A stretch of DNA of 64,000 bases from Lama guanicoe (lineage: Eukaryota): assembly GCA_013239625.1 (NCBI GenBank), contig MU053559.1, positions 3,536,607-3,600,606 on the forward strand. Direction: 5' to 3'. The position numbers and the translations under genes were made by a program. Below, piece after piece: positions 13,225 through 26,929 of the stretch. Under the pieces are notes generated by a model. That model did no database searches, was not told the origin of the DNA, and saw nothing but the letters and a program-made list of their open reading frames with translations. Within the stretch, counting starts at the first letter, position 1. The number at the start of each line of letters is the position of its first letter.

Positions 13225-13408
13225 CTAGTGGTCCTCAACCCTCAGTGCACTTCAGCATCACCTAAAGAGCTTCGAAAACCACAAAAGCCTGGGCTATACT
13301 CCAAAGAGTTTTAGTTCAATTGGTCTGAGATGGGGCCTGGATGTTGACATTTTAAAAGCAAGTTTGCCAGGTGGTTCCGACGTGCGACCAGGGTGGAGAG
13401 CCACTGGT
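13225..13408. mobile_element. MER5-like DNA element just upstream of NDP exon 3
   Basis: Termini ctagtggtcctcaacc...ggtggagagccactgg; internal ggtctgagatggggcctgg and ccaggtggttc. Confidence 0.65.
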
Positions 13409-13499
13409 CTCATCCAGGTGGAATTGGCAAGGAGTGTTTGAGCCTTTTAGAGGATGCTGTGAAGCCTGGCTAAGGTTTCGGCTTCCCCCGTGGGGGTAA

Positions 13500-13748
<249 letters not shown>

Positions 13749-14770
13749 GGCCAGCTGTTGAGTGGCTTCTGGATGGGACAGCCTCCCCCCTCGCTGAGGC
13801 AGTTCAACCGGCCATGAAAGGACTGGCAAGAGAAGAATTAAAGAAAAAAAAAAAAGATGTAGCAATTCCCACGGGATTCTGCATATTCTAGTAATAAAGA
13901 CTCTACATGCTTGTTGACAGAGATACTCTGGGAACTTGTTTTCCATTCCCATCTCCTTTCCCTGGTATAATTTCTTTTGGTTCTTTTTCGGATCCAGGCA
14001 TCTTCCCCCTCGGCAATGAGTGCTGTTTGGGTTCCAGCAATCCAGCGTTACTGGGAAAAGTGGTCCCCCATGCAAGAGTGGGTCAGGCTGTCACTGTTTG
14101 GTGCAGATTTAGGGAAGCATTTGCTTTGGGAAGCAGGAAAGCTCGATTTTTTCTGGGACATCATCTGGCTTTTTTTTTTTTTCATCTTGTCATTTGGTCT
14201 AAGGTTGCCATTGATGCTAAAGGTTACCGATTTCAAATTCCAGGCACCTAGCATGTGGATATGTTTAGCCAGATTTACTCACAGCCAGCTAACTGACATT
14301 AAAATAACTAACAAACAGATTCTCCTGTGTAATACCAGAACTCCTGATAGCCGTAATTAGTATCCAGAAATGACTCTGGGGAAGTAAAAGTGGCATAAAG
14401 AATTTGTCACCTTGAGACTCTCTCAGCTAAATTATGGTAGAATTTCGTAAGGGAGCAGACTTTTAAAGACCTCCGCAAATACAGATCCTGCACTGACTTT
14501 GAAAAAGGCATATACGTACTAGTGGCATGGAGAATGCACTATACTCATGCATGCAAATTAGACAACCGAGTATGAATCTATTTGTGGGTGTGCTATAGCT
14601 TTAGCCATGTCGTGAGCATCATTCTCTAACATCCACTCCTCCATGTGAAGCTTGCTGCCAAAATGGCGGCCTGGCTCATCTTCTGAACATTTGGTTCCAA
14701 TATATTTTGGTCCTTGAGGCTCAAATTTTGAGTTATTCCCATGTTTTGAAATAAAAAGAGAGTATCTTCA
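13749..14770 (+). other. NDP: NDP 3'UTR
   Basis: About 1 kb with no recognisable repeat between the TGA and an AATAAA at 14750-14755. The cleavage position is estimated. Confidence 0.7.
14750..14755 (+). terminator. NDP: Distal polyadenylation signal of NDP
   Basis: AATAAA followed within ~45 nt by GT/T-rich sequence (tgactgtgtaaggattgtttttt). Confidence 0.7.
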
Positions 14771-16207
14771 AAATTTTGACTGTGTAAGGATTGTTTTTTC
14801 CCACTCAACATCCTACTATGATGCATCCCCTATGGTGTGTGGGGGGATGCAGAAATAGACGGAGATTGGGTTTCAGAATGCATGATGGGAACATTTTTTT
14901 TTGAAATCAACATACTAGGGTGGTGGGGGCTTCTGAAATTTGGCTTTTAGTCTCAGAATTTAGCTTGCTGAATGAGCACAAAATCTGATGCATTCTGGCT
15001 TCCTTAAGCACTAGTCTCAGACAAGAATAAGTAGCCATCAGTGAAGCTGAAAGAATCCGAAGGAGAATAGTTCATGAACAATGGTTTCTGCACCATTGAC
15101 TGTCCAGTGATCCAAGGCCAATGGTACTCCTGAGCATTATGGTGCTAGCATAGTGCTATGTCCACTTCCGGGACCTCACCACTAACCCATTTCCAAGGCA
15201 ACCTCAACACCATGCTGTCTTGGTTCACCAGAGATGATGGTGTGCCCTGCTGCTGGTACAGTCAACCTGTGAATTACTTTTCCTGTAGAAATGATGGTTT
15301 TCTCCATTCTTTGGCATAGATTTCACACATTTTTTAAAAGAAAGCCAGCAGGGTTAAATTTGTATTTGTGGCTTTGGAATAGAATAAAACTAATACTATT
15401 GAACCTTGATCTTGATCTTAACTTTCATGGTGACAGAGCCAGCCACTCCATTAAATTAGAGGTTCTCCACATTCCCAAGGCAAACGTGAAAGGGGCATTT
15501 GGACCATCACGTGAAGGGAAATTTTGTCATAAAAAAGAATTAAATTTAATGCCTAAAGTTAAATAGTTATAATTCTTAACTGATAATGAAAGTATTAACT
15601 GCTGGTCACACTTACAGTTATTCTTTCATGTCATTAATCAAAAAGTGGTAATAATACTTCTAATCTTAAAATATCTCTTCCTGGCTTGGAAAACACAATT
15701 GGCTTTGAGAGTTGTATGCTCCAAACTTCCATCTTTATTTCCTTACTACCAATTTAGTCCTGGAGGGGGCAGTTCTATGACTCATATTTTCCAAATTCTC
15801 TGGAAGCCATAGAAAATATTCCCTTCAAATCCTATTTCATGGTCTATTGTCAAAACTTCCCCCATGGAAAAAAGCAGAATGTGCTTGGAACATTAGAGAG
15901 TCATAGAATAGTGGCACTGGGAGGGTCATTCAAAAGCTTCCATCCTCCTCTCTCCCTAAATAGGTGAGCAAATGGAGGCCTGTGGAAACCCAGGAACTTG
16001 CCCAAAGTCACACACTTAGTCTTGGATTTGGAACTAGAACCCAGACTTCCTACTCTCCACAGTCAGGGGGGGTCATCCCTTCCCCTTGTCAGGGGAAAGG
16101 AACCTCACTCTTCTCAGGATCTTGGATGCTGAATCTGGTGAATGGACTGGAAAAGAGTGCAGTGAGCCAGAGCAACGTTTAATGGGGCATATCAAAGCTG
16201 GGAAAGT

Positions 16208-16343
16208 AGGAGAGGATATAGCTCAGTGGTAGAGCACATGCTTAGCATGCACAAGGTCCTGGGTTCAATCCCCAGTACCTCTATTAAAAATAAATAAATA
16301 AATAAACCCAAGTACCTCCCCTCCAAAAAAAAAAATTTTTTTT
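16208..16343 (+). mobile_element. tRNA-Ala-derived SINE (Vic-1-like)
   Basis: Box A tagctcagtgg, box B ggttcaatccc, (TAAA)n tail, TSD aaagctgggaaag/aaggctgagaaag. Confidence 0.92.
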
Positions 16344-19300
16344 AAGGCTGAGAAAGAGGAAAGTTACAGTTTTCCTGAAGACCTAAAAATAGCCTTGGGA
16401 ACTGAAAGAATTTGGATATTATTGGATATTAAGTTACTATGGAATTTGTATTATACCTTTAAAAAATTAAACATACTTAGCCTGACGTTAATGTCTACCC
16501 CTAAGGATTGAGAGAAAACCAAATGAAAACATTGATCAGTTAAAAACACTATTCTTGGAATGTCAAGGGAATGTTGACCCGCCTTCCCCATTTGCTATGC
16601 ATGAATAAAGGGAAATTAAAATATGTTATAATCTTAATAGCTTACATCTTAAAAATCTGTGTGATAATTCATAATGGTGAGAGCAAGCCTCTTGTAAACT
16701 AATCTTATCCTCACAATTTATAAGCATTTAGTAATAATGAGTTAACACTCCAGTGGAAAATCAAGAGGTTAATGGACTGAATTTATTTTCTTGAGATCTC
16801 AGTTTCCCAGACCAGTCTCTTCAGTTTTATTCATGGAACCCCCTGAACTTCTCCCCAGAAACTTAGCATGAAGGACATATCAACTTTTTCTGGTCCTGGG
16901 GAAGTAACAGTTGGTTTTTTTCTAAACCCAAGTGTTTGCTAATCCACTCAACATGTTATTTTGTAATAGGTAGAACAGGCTGCCTACACATGACTGGGGA
17001 ACTGTTTGAGTAAGTTGATTTCTTCCTGGTGACCTTGGAGAAATTAAGGTACAGATTTGCCTTTGATCACTTCTTCAGGCCCCATTGAAACATACATATT
17101 CGAGCGAGAGAGCTGCCCAAGATGGAACACCAAATGTGTGGGGGACAGGGGGTTGGGAAGGCTTAGATCAGAAAGGGAAGCCATATCCTACTGATGCTGC
17201 CCTCCTCATCACCCCAGGGCACAGCCACATCTTGCTGGACAGACATGCCATTCCCTTCAGGAGCTAGAATAACGGAGAGCCTTGGATCTGGGAAGAGAGG
17301 TTCCGCCCATAGCTGTATCATTACACCCTGGGAGGAGCACTTTGCTTAGTCATGCCTGTTTCAGTGTGCAAACGGGTACCCAGCAACTACTTGCTGAAGG
17401 ACAATATTTCACGAGAAAATGATATCAGATGCCAACAAATCAATGTTTTTCCATAAATCTTCACTGTATTAATGAAATATTTTGGTTTTACCATAAATCT
17501 ATGAAAATTTGCATAATTTCTTTAGTTCATTTATAAATGAAATTCCAAATTTCTCATTGATTAAAGACATTCTGGGCCCTCAAATATTAATGTCGTCTTC
17601 TCACGGGGTTGACAGAACATGTAAAATTTGGTGACCTTGGTGAACGTGGACATGCAAGCACCAAGGGAGGATTTGTTGCCCCAGCTGTCAATCCTTTTGG
17701 GGACTGCCTCAGCTGCAGAGTCACCTTGCCCAAGGGCGTGCTCTCCCAGGGGTGGCCCACATCCAATGACTGATGTAGTTGGGATAAAAAGAGCCTGGCT
17801 ATGTTGGCCTAATGAAAGACAACTCGAGCAGGCAATCCTCTCTCTGAAGCTGTCCAACTGAGTTGGCTGAGGCATGTCAGCTCTACCTCTCTTTCTGTCC
17901 AAGCTTGCTTCCCTCTTTGTCTTCCACAGGCGCTAATTTCTAATAAATACCTTGCATCACAAGCTCCATCTCAGCATCTGATTCTTGGGAACCAAACCTG
18001 CAGCAATAGCTTTTATATATTTAATTGGCTTGTAATAGGAAACAAGCGCATTTATGCTGTCTTGTCTTATTACGTGGCCCATAATATCTAGGGTTGAAAT
18101 CAATGTTTCTTTCTGCTTCCTATAAATGCATAGCTTAAACTTATGCGCCAGCACCAACTGTGTGTCAACTAGAATGCTAAATGGTGGAGATATTAAGGGG
18201 GAAAAAGCGTTAGCCTTGCTTTTAATATGTGCGCAATCTAGAGAGAGTGAGACATGACTGTAATAAGTACACTGATGACATATAAAGATAATCCACAAAG
18301 CAGATGATCTTGTGTGCTTGGTTTTAAGGTGGCGGTTTTAAAAGTAAGGGGATATGACTTTCAATAATAACATTATGTTTGCACAGCACTTGCACAGATG
18401 GTATCTCATCCTTGTAAGTTAATTATTATAAAAATCTCACGGATAAGAAGCCAGAGGTTATCTTCTGATCTTACAGTCTATGCTTTCTTTGCTGTTCCCC
18501 CAAACCTTCTTTTTTCTATTTTCTAAAGCTTGATTGAGCACAGAAGGAAAAGACCACCAAACCATCTTGCACTGGTATCTGTCAGTTCTCGTTAGCAAAT
18601 GAGGATCCCAGAATGTGAGGATCTTGTTGACACAAAGCATACAGGGCCTTGACCCAACAGAACTTTACAGAATGTACAATTTGATTACAGCTTCTGGAGA
18701 AAACAAATACATTTCAAATTATATATGACGCCAAAGCTGTGCTCCTGAATTTAAAACCCTATTGTATTTGGCTACAATGTTTTGAACAGCTTAAATGTCC
18801 TAGTGTGATACATGCATGTTAAATTGAATGCTTTATTTTTAAATTGTTGCCAGTTAGACATGGCTTCCTTGGAGCAGTTTGATTTGTGTGGCATGTCGCT
18901 GTCATCATCATCACCATCATAATTTTTCACCTTGATTAACAGAGTATAATGAAGCAGACATTGTGCTTAGCAACTTCTGTGCTTTATCTCATTTAATCCT
19001 CCCAATAGACTTTGAGGTTAATATTATCCCCACTTTACAGGTAGTATGAATAAGTGTTTATGGTTTCTAATCACTCAGACTATTTATTTTTGGTATCCCA
19101 CAACTCTTTATTATCTTCAGAATGATCACCAAAACTAATATTGCCACCACAAAGTGTATATAAAGTAACTATCCATGTATATGTGCTACGGAAATAAATT
19201 TAAAGAGGTAAAGCTCTTTCCTTGTAAGAGCTGACATTCTAAACCCTGCATATGGTTTTAAATAGCTAAATTTTTAACAATGCGTCCTCTTCAATTCTGG

Positions 19301-19744
19301 TCTACACCAGCAGTGTTTCTTTTTTTTTTCCCCGTAATCTTAACATCCAATTATTTTCTCTTCCCATTGGAACAGTCTCCTTCACCTTCTCTTATTCAAT
19401 TCCACAACTTCATTTGCGATTCATGACTTTCTACGTAGCTGTTGTTGGAAGGAGCCAGGAGAAACCATAGTACTGACAGAATCATTGCTCTGAAAAAGGA
19501 ACGTGGAAGGCATGTCATCCAACTCTCATTCTGTAGAGGTTTTTGATCTTGTATCCCCTGACTTCTCAACCAACGCTCATGCCATTGGCCAATGCTATAT
19601 TCTTGATTCTTCTTGCATGATGGTTTGCCAAGAACCATGCAAGTGAATTCTCCATTATTGTTGTTGAAACCAACATTCTAAGGCTTTCTTCAACTATTTG
19701 CCCACTTTTAGCCATTAACTCATAATGCTAAGCATACGTATCAT

Positions 19745-20005
19745 TGTATGTTAAGAGCGTGAACTCTGAGGCCAGACTGCCTGAGATCTCCCCCTCCCCC
19801 TGCTTGGTTGTTTATTAGCTGTGTGACTTTTGAACAAGCTATTGGGCCTTTCTGTGCCTAATCTGGATTTTGCATCTATAAGATAGGATGAATCTATGTA
19901 TAGGCTCCATGGTTCTATTATGAGGATTCAATGAGTTAATAAACGATGTGTGGAAACCCAGAACCATGCCTGGCACTGAATAGCAGGTATGAACATTAGC
20001 TACCA
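19745..20005 (+). mobile_element. MIR SINE
   Basis: gttaagagcgtgaactctgaggccagactgcctg...ttagctgtgtgac...atgaggattcaatgagttaat...agaaccatgcctggcac. Confidence 0.75.
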
Positions 20006-20559
20006 TTTGCATTATGCATTCAGAGTTTGAACAAGTCATAACTTCTCAAATACAGCTTTGGTTAAGCTGAATGTTATTCTTGGCCATATTTTTTCCCAGC
20101 AAAAATTATGCATTCTTAAGATTTCTTGTTATATTACTATACAATAAAAAACGTTTTCATTTTTAAGGTTATAGCACTAAATTGGTAGCAATAAATCAGA
20201 GCTGGTTGTTATTTTATAGCTTAATTTTTAGTTTGTGTATTCTGCCTTAAAAATTACATTCGTCTACTGGCAGAAGACACTTACTAAGTCATCTGCTTTG
20301 CCTTTCTCCAAGCATGAATCAGGCTTAGATGAAAACACGGAAAGCAATGAAATGTGTAAGTTTTTCAATATTTTTCCTGGGCAATTAATTTACTCTGAAA
20401 TAATGTACGACCTTCTATTTTTCCCATCATTCAATTATTCTCAAACACACTGTCTTTTCTCCCCCTGACCCACACCCTCCTTCAACAATAACTCATAGCT
20501 GTGAGCTAATGAGCATATTGTCAAGTATGTTCTGAGTAGTGATCTACTGGAAGAATCTC

Positions 20560-20714
20560 TTTTTTAAAAATTTTATTTTATTGCGCTATAGTCAGTTTAC
20601 AATGTTGTGTCAATTTCCAGCATACGGCACAATTTTTCAGTTACACATGAACATACATATATTCATTGTCACATTCTTTTCCACCGTGTGCTAACACAAG
20701 ATCTTGTATATATT
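20560..20714 (-). mobile_element. Very short L1 3' end
   Basis: Homologous to 32221-32380. TSD tactggaagaa at 20545-20555 and 20715-20725. Confidence 0.85.
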
Positions 20715-20744
20715 TACTGGAAGAACCACTTGAAGGCGCATTTT

Positions 20745-20884
20745 GGATGGGGGAGGTAGCTAGGTTTATTTATTTATTCGTTTGTTTGTTTGTTTGTTTG
20801 TTTGTTTAATGGAGGTACTGGGGATTGAACCCAGGACCTTGTGTACGCTACACACCCACTCTACCACTGAGCTCTACCCTCCCC
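20745..20884 (-). mobile_element. tRNA-Ala-derived SINE (Vic-1-like)
   Basis: Antisense head and (TTTG)n tail; TSD tgaaggcgcatttt/tgaaggcacatttt. Confidence 0.92.
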
Positions 20885-21254
20885 ATGAAGGCACATTTTT
20901 AGTTCAGTTTAAATTTAAGAACACCAGAGAGTCAAGGACTCTGTGTCCCAACACACAGAAGGGAGGATTATAGTAAATAGTAAAAATTAATGCATCTAAA
21001 TCATTTATTCTTTATGTTAACTTCTACTTTTCCAGAATAGTACAAATATTGATTATCATAACATACATCTTTTCAAAACAGAAAAATTATTGATTAGCAG
21101 AGTTTAATACATCTAAATCATTTATCTCTTGCATTAATTTCAATTTTTCCAAAACAGCAGTCATTTACCTGGAGCCAAAAACCTTAGTTGCAGGTCTTAG
21201 ATTTGAACAGAGTAGAATACCAAATTAAAATTGGAAAATTACAATTCCGTATGA

Positions 21255-21510
21255 CCTAACATGTAATGTGAGCCACAAAAGTCATTTTTAATTCCAAAGT
21301 AACCACACTAAAAAAATAAAAATTAACAGGTAAAATTAATTTTAGCAACATATTTGACTTAATCCAATCTATCCAAACTATTATCTTTTCAACATGTAAT
21401 TTATACGAAAAACTATTCATGAGATAGTTTATGTTTTTTTTTTTTGTGATACCAAGTCTTTGAAGTCTGGTGCTTACTTTTTCAGTCACAGTGCATATCA
21501 ATTCCAACTA
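21255..21510. mobile_element. MER3/MER33-like hAT element
   Basis: atgtaatgtgagccac...aacaggtaaaattaattttagcaacatatttgacttaatccaa...ccaagtctttgaagtctggtg...cagtgcatatcaattc. Confidence 0.6.
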
Positions 21511-21855
21511 TATATTATTTTTGAAATTTTATGGATGTACTGAAATGTACCTGTGTGAAAAGGGCAAATATGGCAGACAAGTGTAAGAACAAGAGCAAAG
21601 AGGTGGAGACAGCAAGTTATGGTTGAACTAGATTAGCTCTTGGCAAGCAATAGTTTCTTGCACATTTCAGAGACTTTATTCTCAATGTGGCTTTGCTCAA
21701 CAGTACCCTCAGAGTCAGGAAATCTGAATGCATTCCTGGCTCCATCACCAACCAGCTGCGTAGTCCAGAGCAAGTCACTTGTCACTTATGCTTTTACTAC
21801 TCAGTTTTTTCGACCAGATTACAAAGATCTCTTTCCATATCACGAATATTCTTTC

Positions 21856-21856
<1 letters not shown>

Positions 21857-21881
<25 letters not shown>
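21857..21881. repeat. (CA)n microsatellite
   Basis: About 12 uninterrupted AC units. Confidence 0.9.
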
Positions 21882-21887
<6 letters not shown>

Positions 21888-24800
21888 GCTCTAACTTTCA
21901 CCACTAAGAAACCTTATCTTTTCATTCATTAAGTGTCTCCGTTTTTCCTTTTCTTCTTTTCAAGAGTTGTGCATGGGTGATGTTTTTATATATGATTAAA
22001 ACTAGAAGTGAGCTCATTAAAACATTGCTTTGACCAATCTCGAAACAGAATGAATTTCTAATAATGCATCATTCACTTTGAGAATTTTTTTTAATTTTAA
22101 TTTTTTTATATGTCCCATTTCATGTGTGACATTTTCATGCTCTTTTCCTCCTAGCTCACTCTTCATCTCTTCCCTTCTAACAAAGGCAGCAAGCAGCAGA
22201 TGGAGAGAAGGGATGGGGGGGTCATTCAGTAGTGGGTGAGTGGGTCAGTCATCCCTTTGCTTTTGTGCATTGAAGCCCTGGATTCATGCCAGGGGTATTT
22301 GAGGGGAAAAGGGAGCAGCGTGAGCCAGGCTGTTAGGCAGTGTGCTCATTCATAATTAAGTTGCTTAGTTGCAGGGCCATCAAAGGAAAACTTCAAGTAC
22401 CCTGACAGCCAAGCCACCTGTGCTAAAAGCAGAAGCAAGATCATGGCCGGGAAAGGCAGAGCCCATGGCAGATACTCAGGAAGCACTGAGCCAAGAGGCC
22501 ATTTTGAAAGACAAAGCCAGAGCCTGGGCTGTGTGTCAGAGGAACCCGGCGAGCATCGTTAGATCTGAGACCAGAATCTATGACCTGTGTTGTTGCACAA
22601 GGACCTTAAGCCTTTCTTTGTTGGCTTTGTAAACCTTTCTTTGTTGTATTGTCTCAAACAGGAGAGTCTGATTTTAAAATCATGAGCCAATGACAGCCTT
22701 CACAGAATATTTACTCTGCATCGAATATTGTGCTAGACACGACGGGTACAGTACCTAATTTAATCCTCCCCACAAATTTGCTGTTAGGTGCATTGTACAG
22801 ATAGGGAAACCAAAGCTTAGAGAGGTCGGATGGTTTGCCCTGTGTCTCCCAACCAGCAAGGCCAGAAGCAAACTAACCAGAGATCTCTGCCTACTAAGCT
22901 TCAGATACTTTTTATTGTTGCTCTGGCCACTCTCTGTTCCCACATCCACCAAGGTTTGATCCTCAGAAGACACATTCCCGCTGGATAACTGGATTAGAGG
23001 GTCGGGAGCAAAGGTCAGTCTGTTCTAAAAACTTCCTACCACTCAAATCTTTTAAAGACCAGCTTCTATTTCTAAAAGGTTCTTGGTAAACTCTGGGGAA
23101 TCTGGGGACTCCAACTTACACCCCGGGGCCTTGTAACCTTTCCAAAGAAACATTAAGTCAGGCTTTCCTTGGCCTTGACTCCAAAGGATTTGGGTAAAAC
23201 TCAGCTGGGTTTAACAAAGCACAAACCTGCCTGCAGCATTTCACTTTGCTCCCGGCAATGACATACAATAGAGGTATGGGACCGGGTCATCTACATCACG
23301 TTCCCAGAACCCAGGGCCACACTGATGGTAGAACAGGAGAGGACCCTGATAATCTAGCTGAGCAGCCTTGTCTTATGTATGAGAGGATCAGAGAGGTTGA
23401 GGCCACTGACCTAATAAACCACAAAGCAGGACTGAAGCCCCGATGTCTCCCATCAAGGCTACTGGCTATTGAATAACTGCCCAATCCTCCCCGCCCTTCA
23501 ACCTCCTCCCTCACTGCACTCACGGCCAAGTTCATGCCCACTGGCAGTCTGAGCTAAGGAATAACAGGTACCTACAATACAGCAAGCCAGTAAGCTTCTG
23601 ATAAACATGACCTTCTCTTTCAAACTGGCAAGAACTATAGACGACACATACCTCTTGGGGATATAACCATCACATAGCGTGGGATGGGGGTCCACTGCTT
23701 CATTCTAGGCAGGCAACATTTTTCACAGAGTCAGTCCCCCAAAGAATTATATCTTAGCAAACAGCATTTTGAGCAACATTCACACTGGCAAGACATTTGG
23801 TACGTAGCCTTTAGATGGTGCTAATGTTCTACTGTTAACACCGAGTCTGCAAGAACTCTTTATGCTCAGAATCAAGGAGATGGAAGGGACCTCAAGAAAC
23901 TAGGTTTATTTCAAACCTCCTGTGCCAGGACCTGAGAACACACCCACAAACGTTGTTTGGAGGTGCTGTGCTTAAAGTCCATTTCTGGGGCTTTCATTGC
24001 TAGAGCAAGGTTTTGGTAATGTTATTAAATGTGCCGACTACTCTATGCAGTCTCACGCGACCCATGCCATCAGTCAATGCTTTAAACGTGAATACACATC
24101 CTCAGAATTCAGATTCGTCTTGTATCTTTGTGCACGGACTAGAGCTTGCGGCTATCTCGGTTCATAATGTCTGATTGTGTCGCCAGATTGTGTGATGGGA
24201 GCCATTCACTTTGTGAGACCGTTTTCTTCAGGAAAGCCTCATTCATTCACTGAAGAAAGAACTAGTGAAATCAACATCATTCATTTTTTTCTGCCTCTGA
24301 AAAGCAGAGTGGGGGCAAAACACATCACACCATAGCAACCTTTCTACAGCAGGCTTTTATGTCTTATTTCTTCTCTTTTCCTCACATTGTGAGCTCCAGA
24401 GGCTCCATTTGTCTCATTGTCCTGCCAAAAGAGACAATGCTTTGCGCGTTAGTTTTTTCTTTGCCAGTGCAGCGAGTGACAGGCTGTGTCACAGTTGCAT
24501 TGAGAAGCCTTTGACATTGTGGAGGTTTTTTATGCAGGGAAGAAAAATAACTCTTTGTCCACTCCCATGGACAGCTCTGCACATGTGGGAGCTGACAGAA
24601 GTTCCCAAAGTAGGATGTCACACTTAGTCTATATACATGGTGCTTGTGGGTACGTGTATGTCTATATCCGCCCTGAGTGGAGGACAAAAAAGGACTGGGG
24701 AGCAGGGAGGGGTAAAGGTCAGGAAGGAGGTAAAGTTTCCATTTAGATTATCTGGTGAGAAAAAGTTTGGGAGAGTCATGATACCGTCATTCTGATATCT

Positions 24801-24924
24801 GAAACGCTATTATAGTAGAAAAACCCCAGTTTGTCCAGAAAGAGCATGTAAATGACAGAAGTAGCTCCAAAGAGATGGAAATCTTTCGGAGACAGAATTC
24901 AAGGCAATTTCAGCAAGAGTTTTT

Positions 24925-25265
24925 TTGTTTGTTTGTTTTGGTTTTTAAAATTAAAAAAAAAACTTACAGAAGAGTTGCAAGAAAAGCACAAAGAACTCTC
25001 AAATGCTGTTTCTTGCTACATTTGCACCCTCTCTCTTTCTCTCTTTCATGTATTTTTTCTTCTCCCTGAATCATTTGAGAGTAAATGGCATATAATATCC
25101 CTCTATGCTTAAATATTTCACCATGCGTTTCCTAAGAATAAGGACATTGTCTTGTATAACCTGAGTCAAATTATATACTCCATACTCAAATTTCAGCAAT
25201 TACCCCAACGAGATAGCCTTTATAACAATATTTTTTTCCCTCTGATCCAAGATCCACTAGGATAC
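24925..25265 (-). mobile_element. Old L1 (L1MC-like) 3' end
   Basis: aaacttacagaagagttgcaaga...gaatcatttgagagta...cttaaatatttca...ttcctaagaataaggacatt. Confidence 0.65.
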
Positions 25266-25454
25266 ATCTCTGGTGATGTTAATAAGTATGAACTCTTTAA
25301 GATTTAAGATTTTCAGAAATGAAAGGGCTGCCTCAGATATCAAAGTTTAAATATCAGCTTGTCAAGTACACCACATAGAGCTTACCAGCTCGAGGTACGT
25401 GGCAGAATAAAAGACCCGCTTAGATAAATAACCAAACACCTTTGCGACTGAGAC

Positions 25455-25810
25455 TTTTTGTGTTCTGTGTATGAAATTCTCCTGCCCTGAAGTTGTGAAA
25501 AATATCCTCTTATGTCTTCTTCTGGAGGATTTATAGTTATAGGTTTTACATTTAAGGTTTTTTTTTAATTTTCTTTTTTATTGTAATGAAATTTTAAATT
25601 ATTTTTAACTGTGGTAAGATACCCATAAAATTTACCATGTTAACTATTTTTTAGTGTACAAGTACACTAATTATATTCATTTTGTTGTGCAACATCACCA
25701 CCATCCATCTCCAAAACTTTATGATACATCCTTGAATAAATATTTTTTTTTTGCAAATGGAGTGAAGTAGGAGTTGAGGTTTTTTTTTTTCTTTTATATA
25801 ATTGTACCAG
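25455..25810 (-). mobile_element. Old L1 fragments
   Basis: ttttatagttataggttttacatttaag and aaaatttaccatgttaact...gttgtgcaacatcaccaccatccatctccaaaactt. Confidence 0.6.
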
Positions 25811-26929
25811 TTCCATTTCTTTAGAGTATTATGGTCCTGTTAATCTTCAGGTATCTTTCATAGATGAAGAGATTTGGTCAAAAGGTTGGACCCAGACGAA
25901 GAGCTGAGCAGAGAGGGTATATCACTGGGAGGGTGTGGCCATAGGAGGGGCAAAGGGATTGCATCCTTTGCCTTGAACATCACTGGTTGGAGGTTAGTCC
26001 TGGGGGTCTGAAGTGTCACTTGTGATCTTCTCGCTGAATTTCAGAAGACAAGAGGCTTGCTCGTTGCTTCAGAAAACACCTACCAGTGACCTCGCTAAAT
26101 GGTTAAGTTACCACTCAGGGGAGGTTGTTCCTGACCAAGAACGGGGGTGAGAGAGTGGTGCCCAAGAACAGCCCCTGAGGGTCCAGTGGTGCTAACTTGC
26201 CTTTCCAGGAACTTTTCATAGTTCTAATGACTTTAGACTTGATTGTAGGTGCATTGTGAAGCCTTGGAAAACGTTTAAGCGTTAATCACTTCTCTACCCA
26301 AAGAGCTCTCATGCGTAGAAAAGTATTTTTAGAGCTACTTGTGTCTTACCATTTAATTTATCAAAGTAATAAATATAAAAACCTGTATTTTTAAGCTTTT
26401 AAGCTCAATTTATAAGTTATAGTTATAACCTTAGTGATTTTTGTATAAGGAAAAAAACCCATCATTTTAATTGGTTATTTGATTAATGTGCACTTATTTC
26501 ATAAATTTAACATATCCTCCTCTAAATTTAACACCAGTTCAACTTCAATGAGTCGAATTACCTTAGATACTTCAAACTACGTTTACGAAGTTAATGCACT
26601 TGATTCTCTGACATTTGCAAAGGCAGCTTCCCAAATTGGATGTGAAAAACGTTCCTAAAATTTAGTAGATCAAATTCTCTTAAGCCTTTCAAGGATCTTA
26701 AAAACAGAAAAGAGAAGCCTGCTTGTAGTAACACAAGACCTCACCACTTGTCAGTACCCTTGTCCAAACACAACGTACCCAAGGTGCTCTGGTTTTTAAT
26801 ACTTTTCCTCATGTTCCTTATTCAAGCATAGGAAAGACATTTTACCGGTTCAGCTGAGCTGAGATTTCTTAGTTAGAAATTCTGGCCTGTGAAAGTCTGA
26901 CCAGAAGCTTCCCAGACTATATTTTAAAA

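Noticed and set aside
13907..14360. 114- and 127-aa ORFs in the NDP 3'UTR
   Set aside because: Overlapping, run through a T homopolymer, and have no recognisable homology.
16208..16285. tRNA-Ala gene (also at 34433, 49900, 57716)
   Set aside because: A-rich tails, TSDs and multiple diverged copies mark these as SINE heads.
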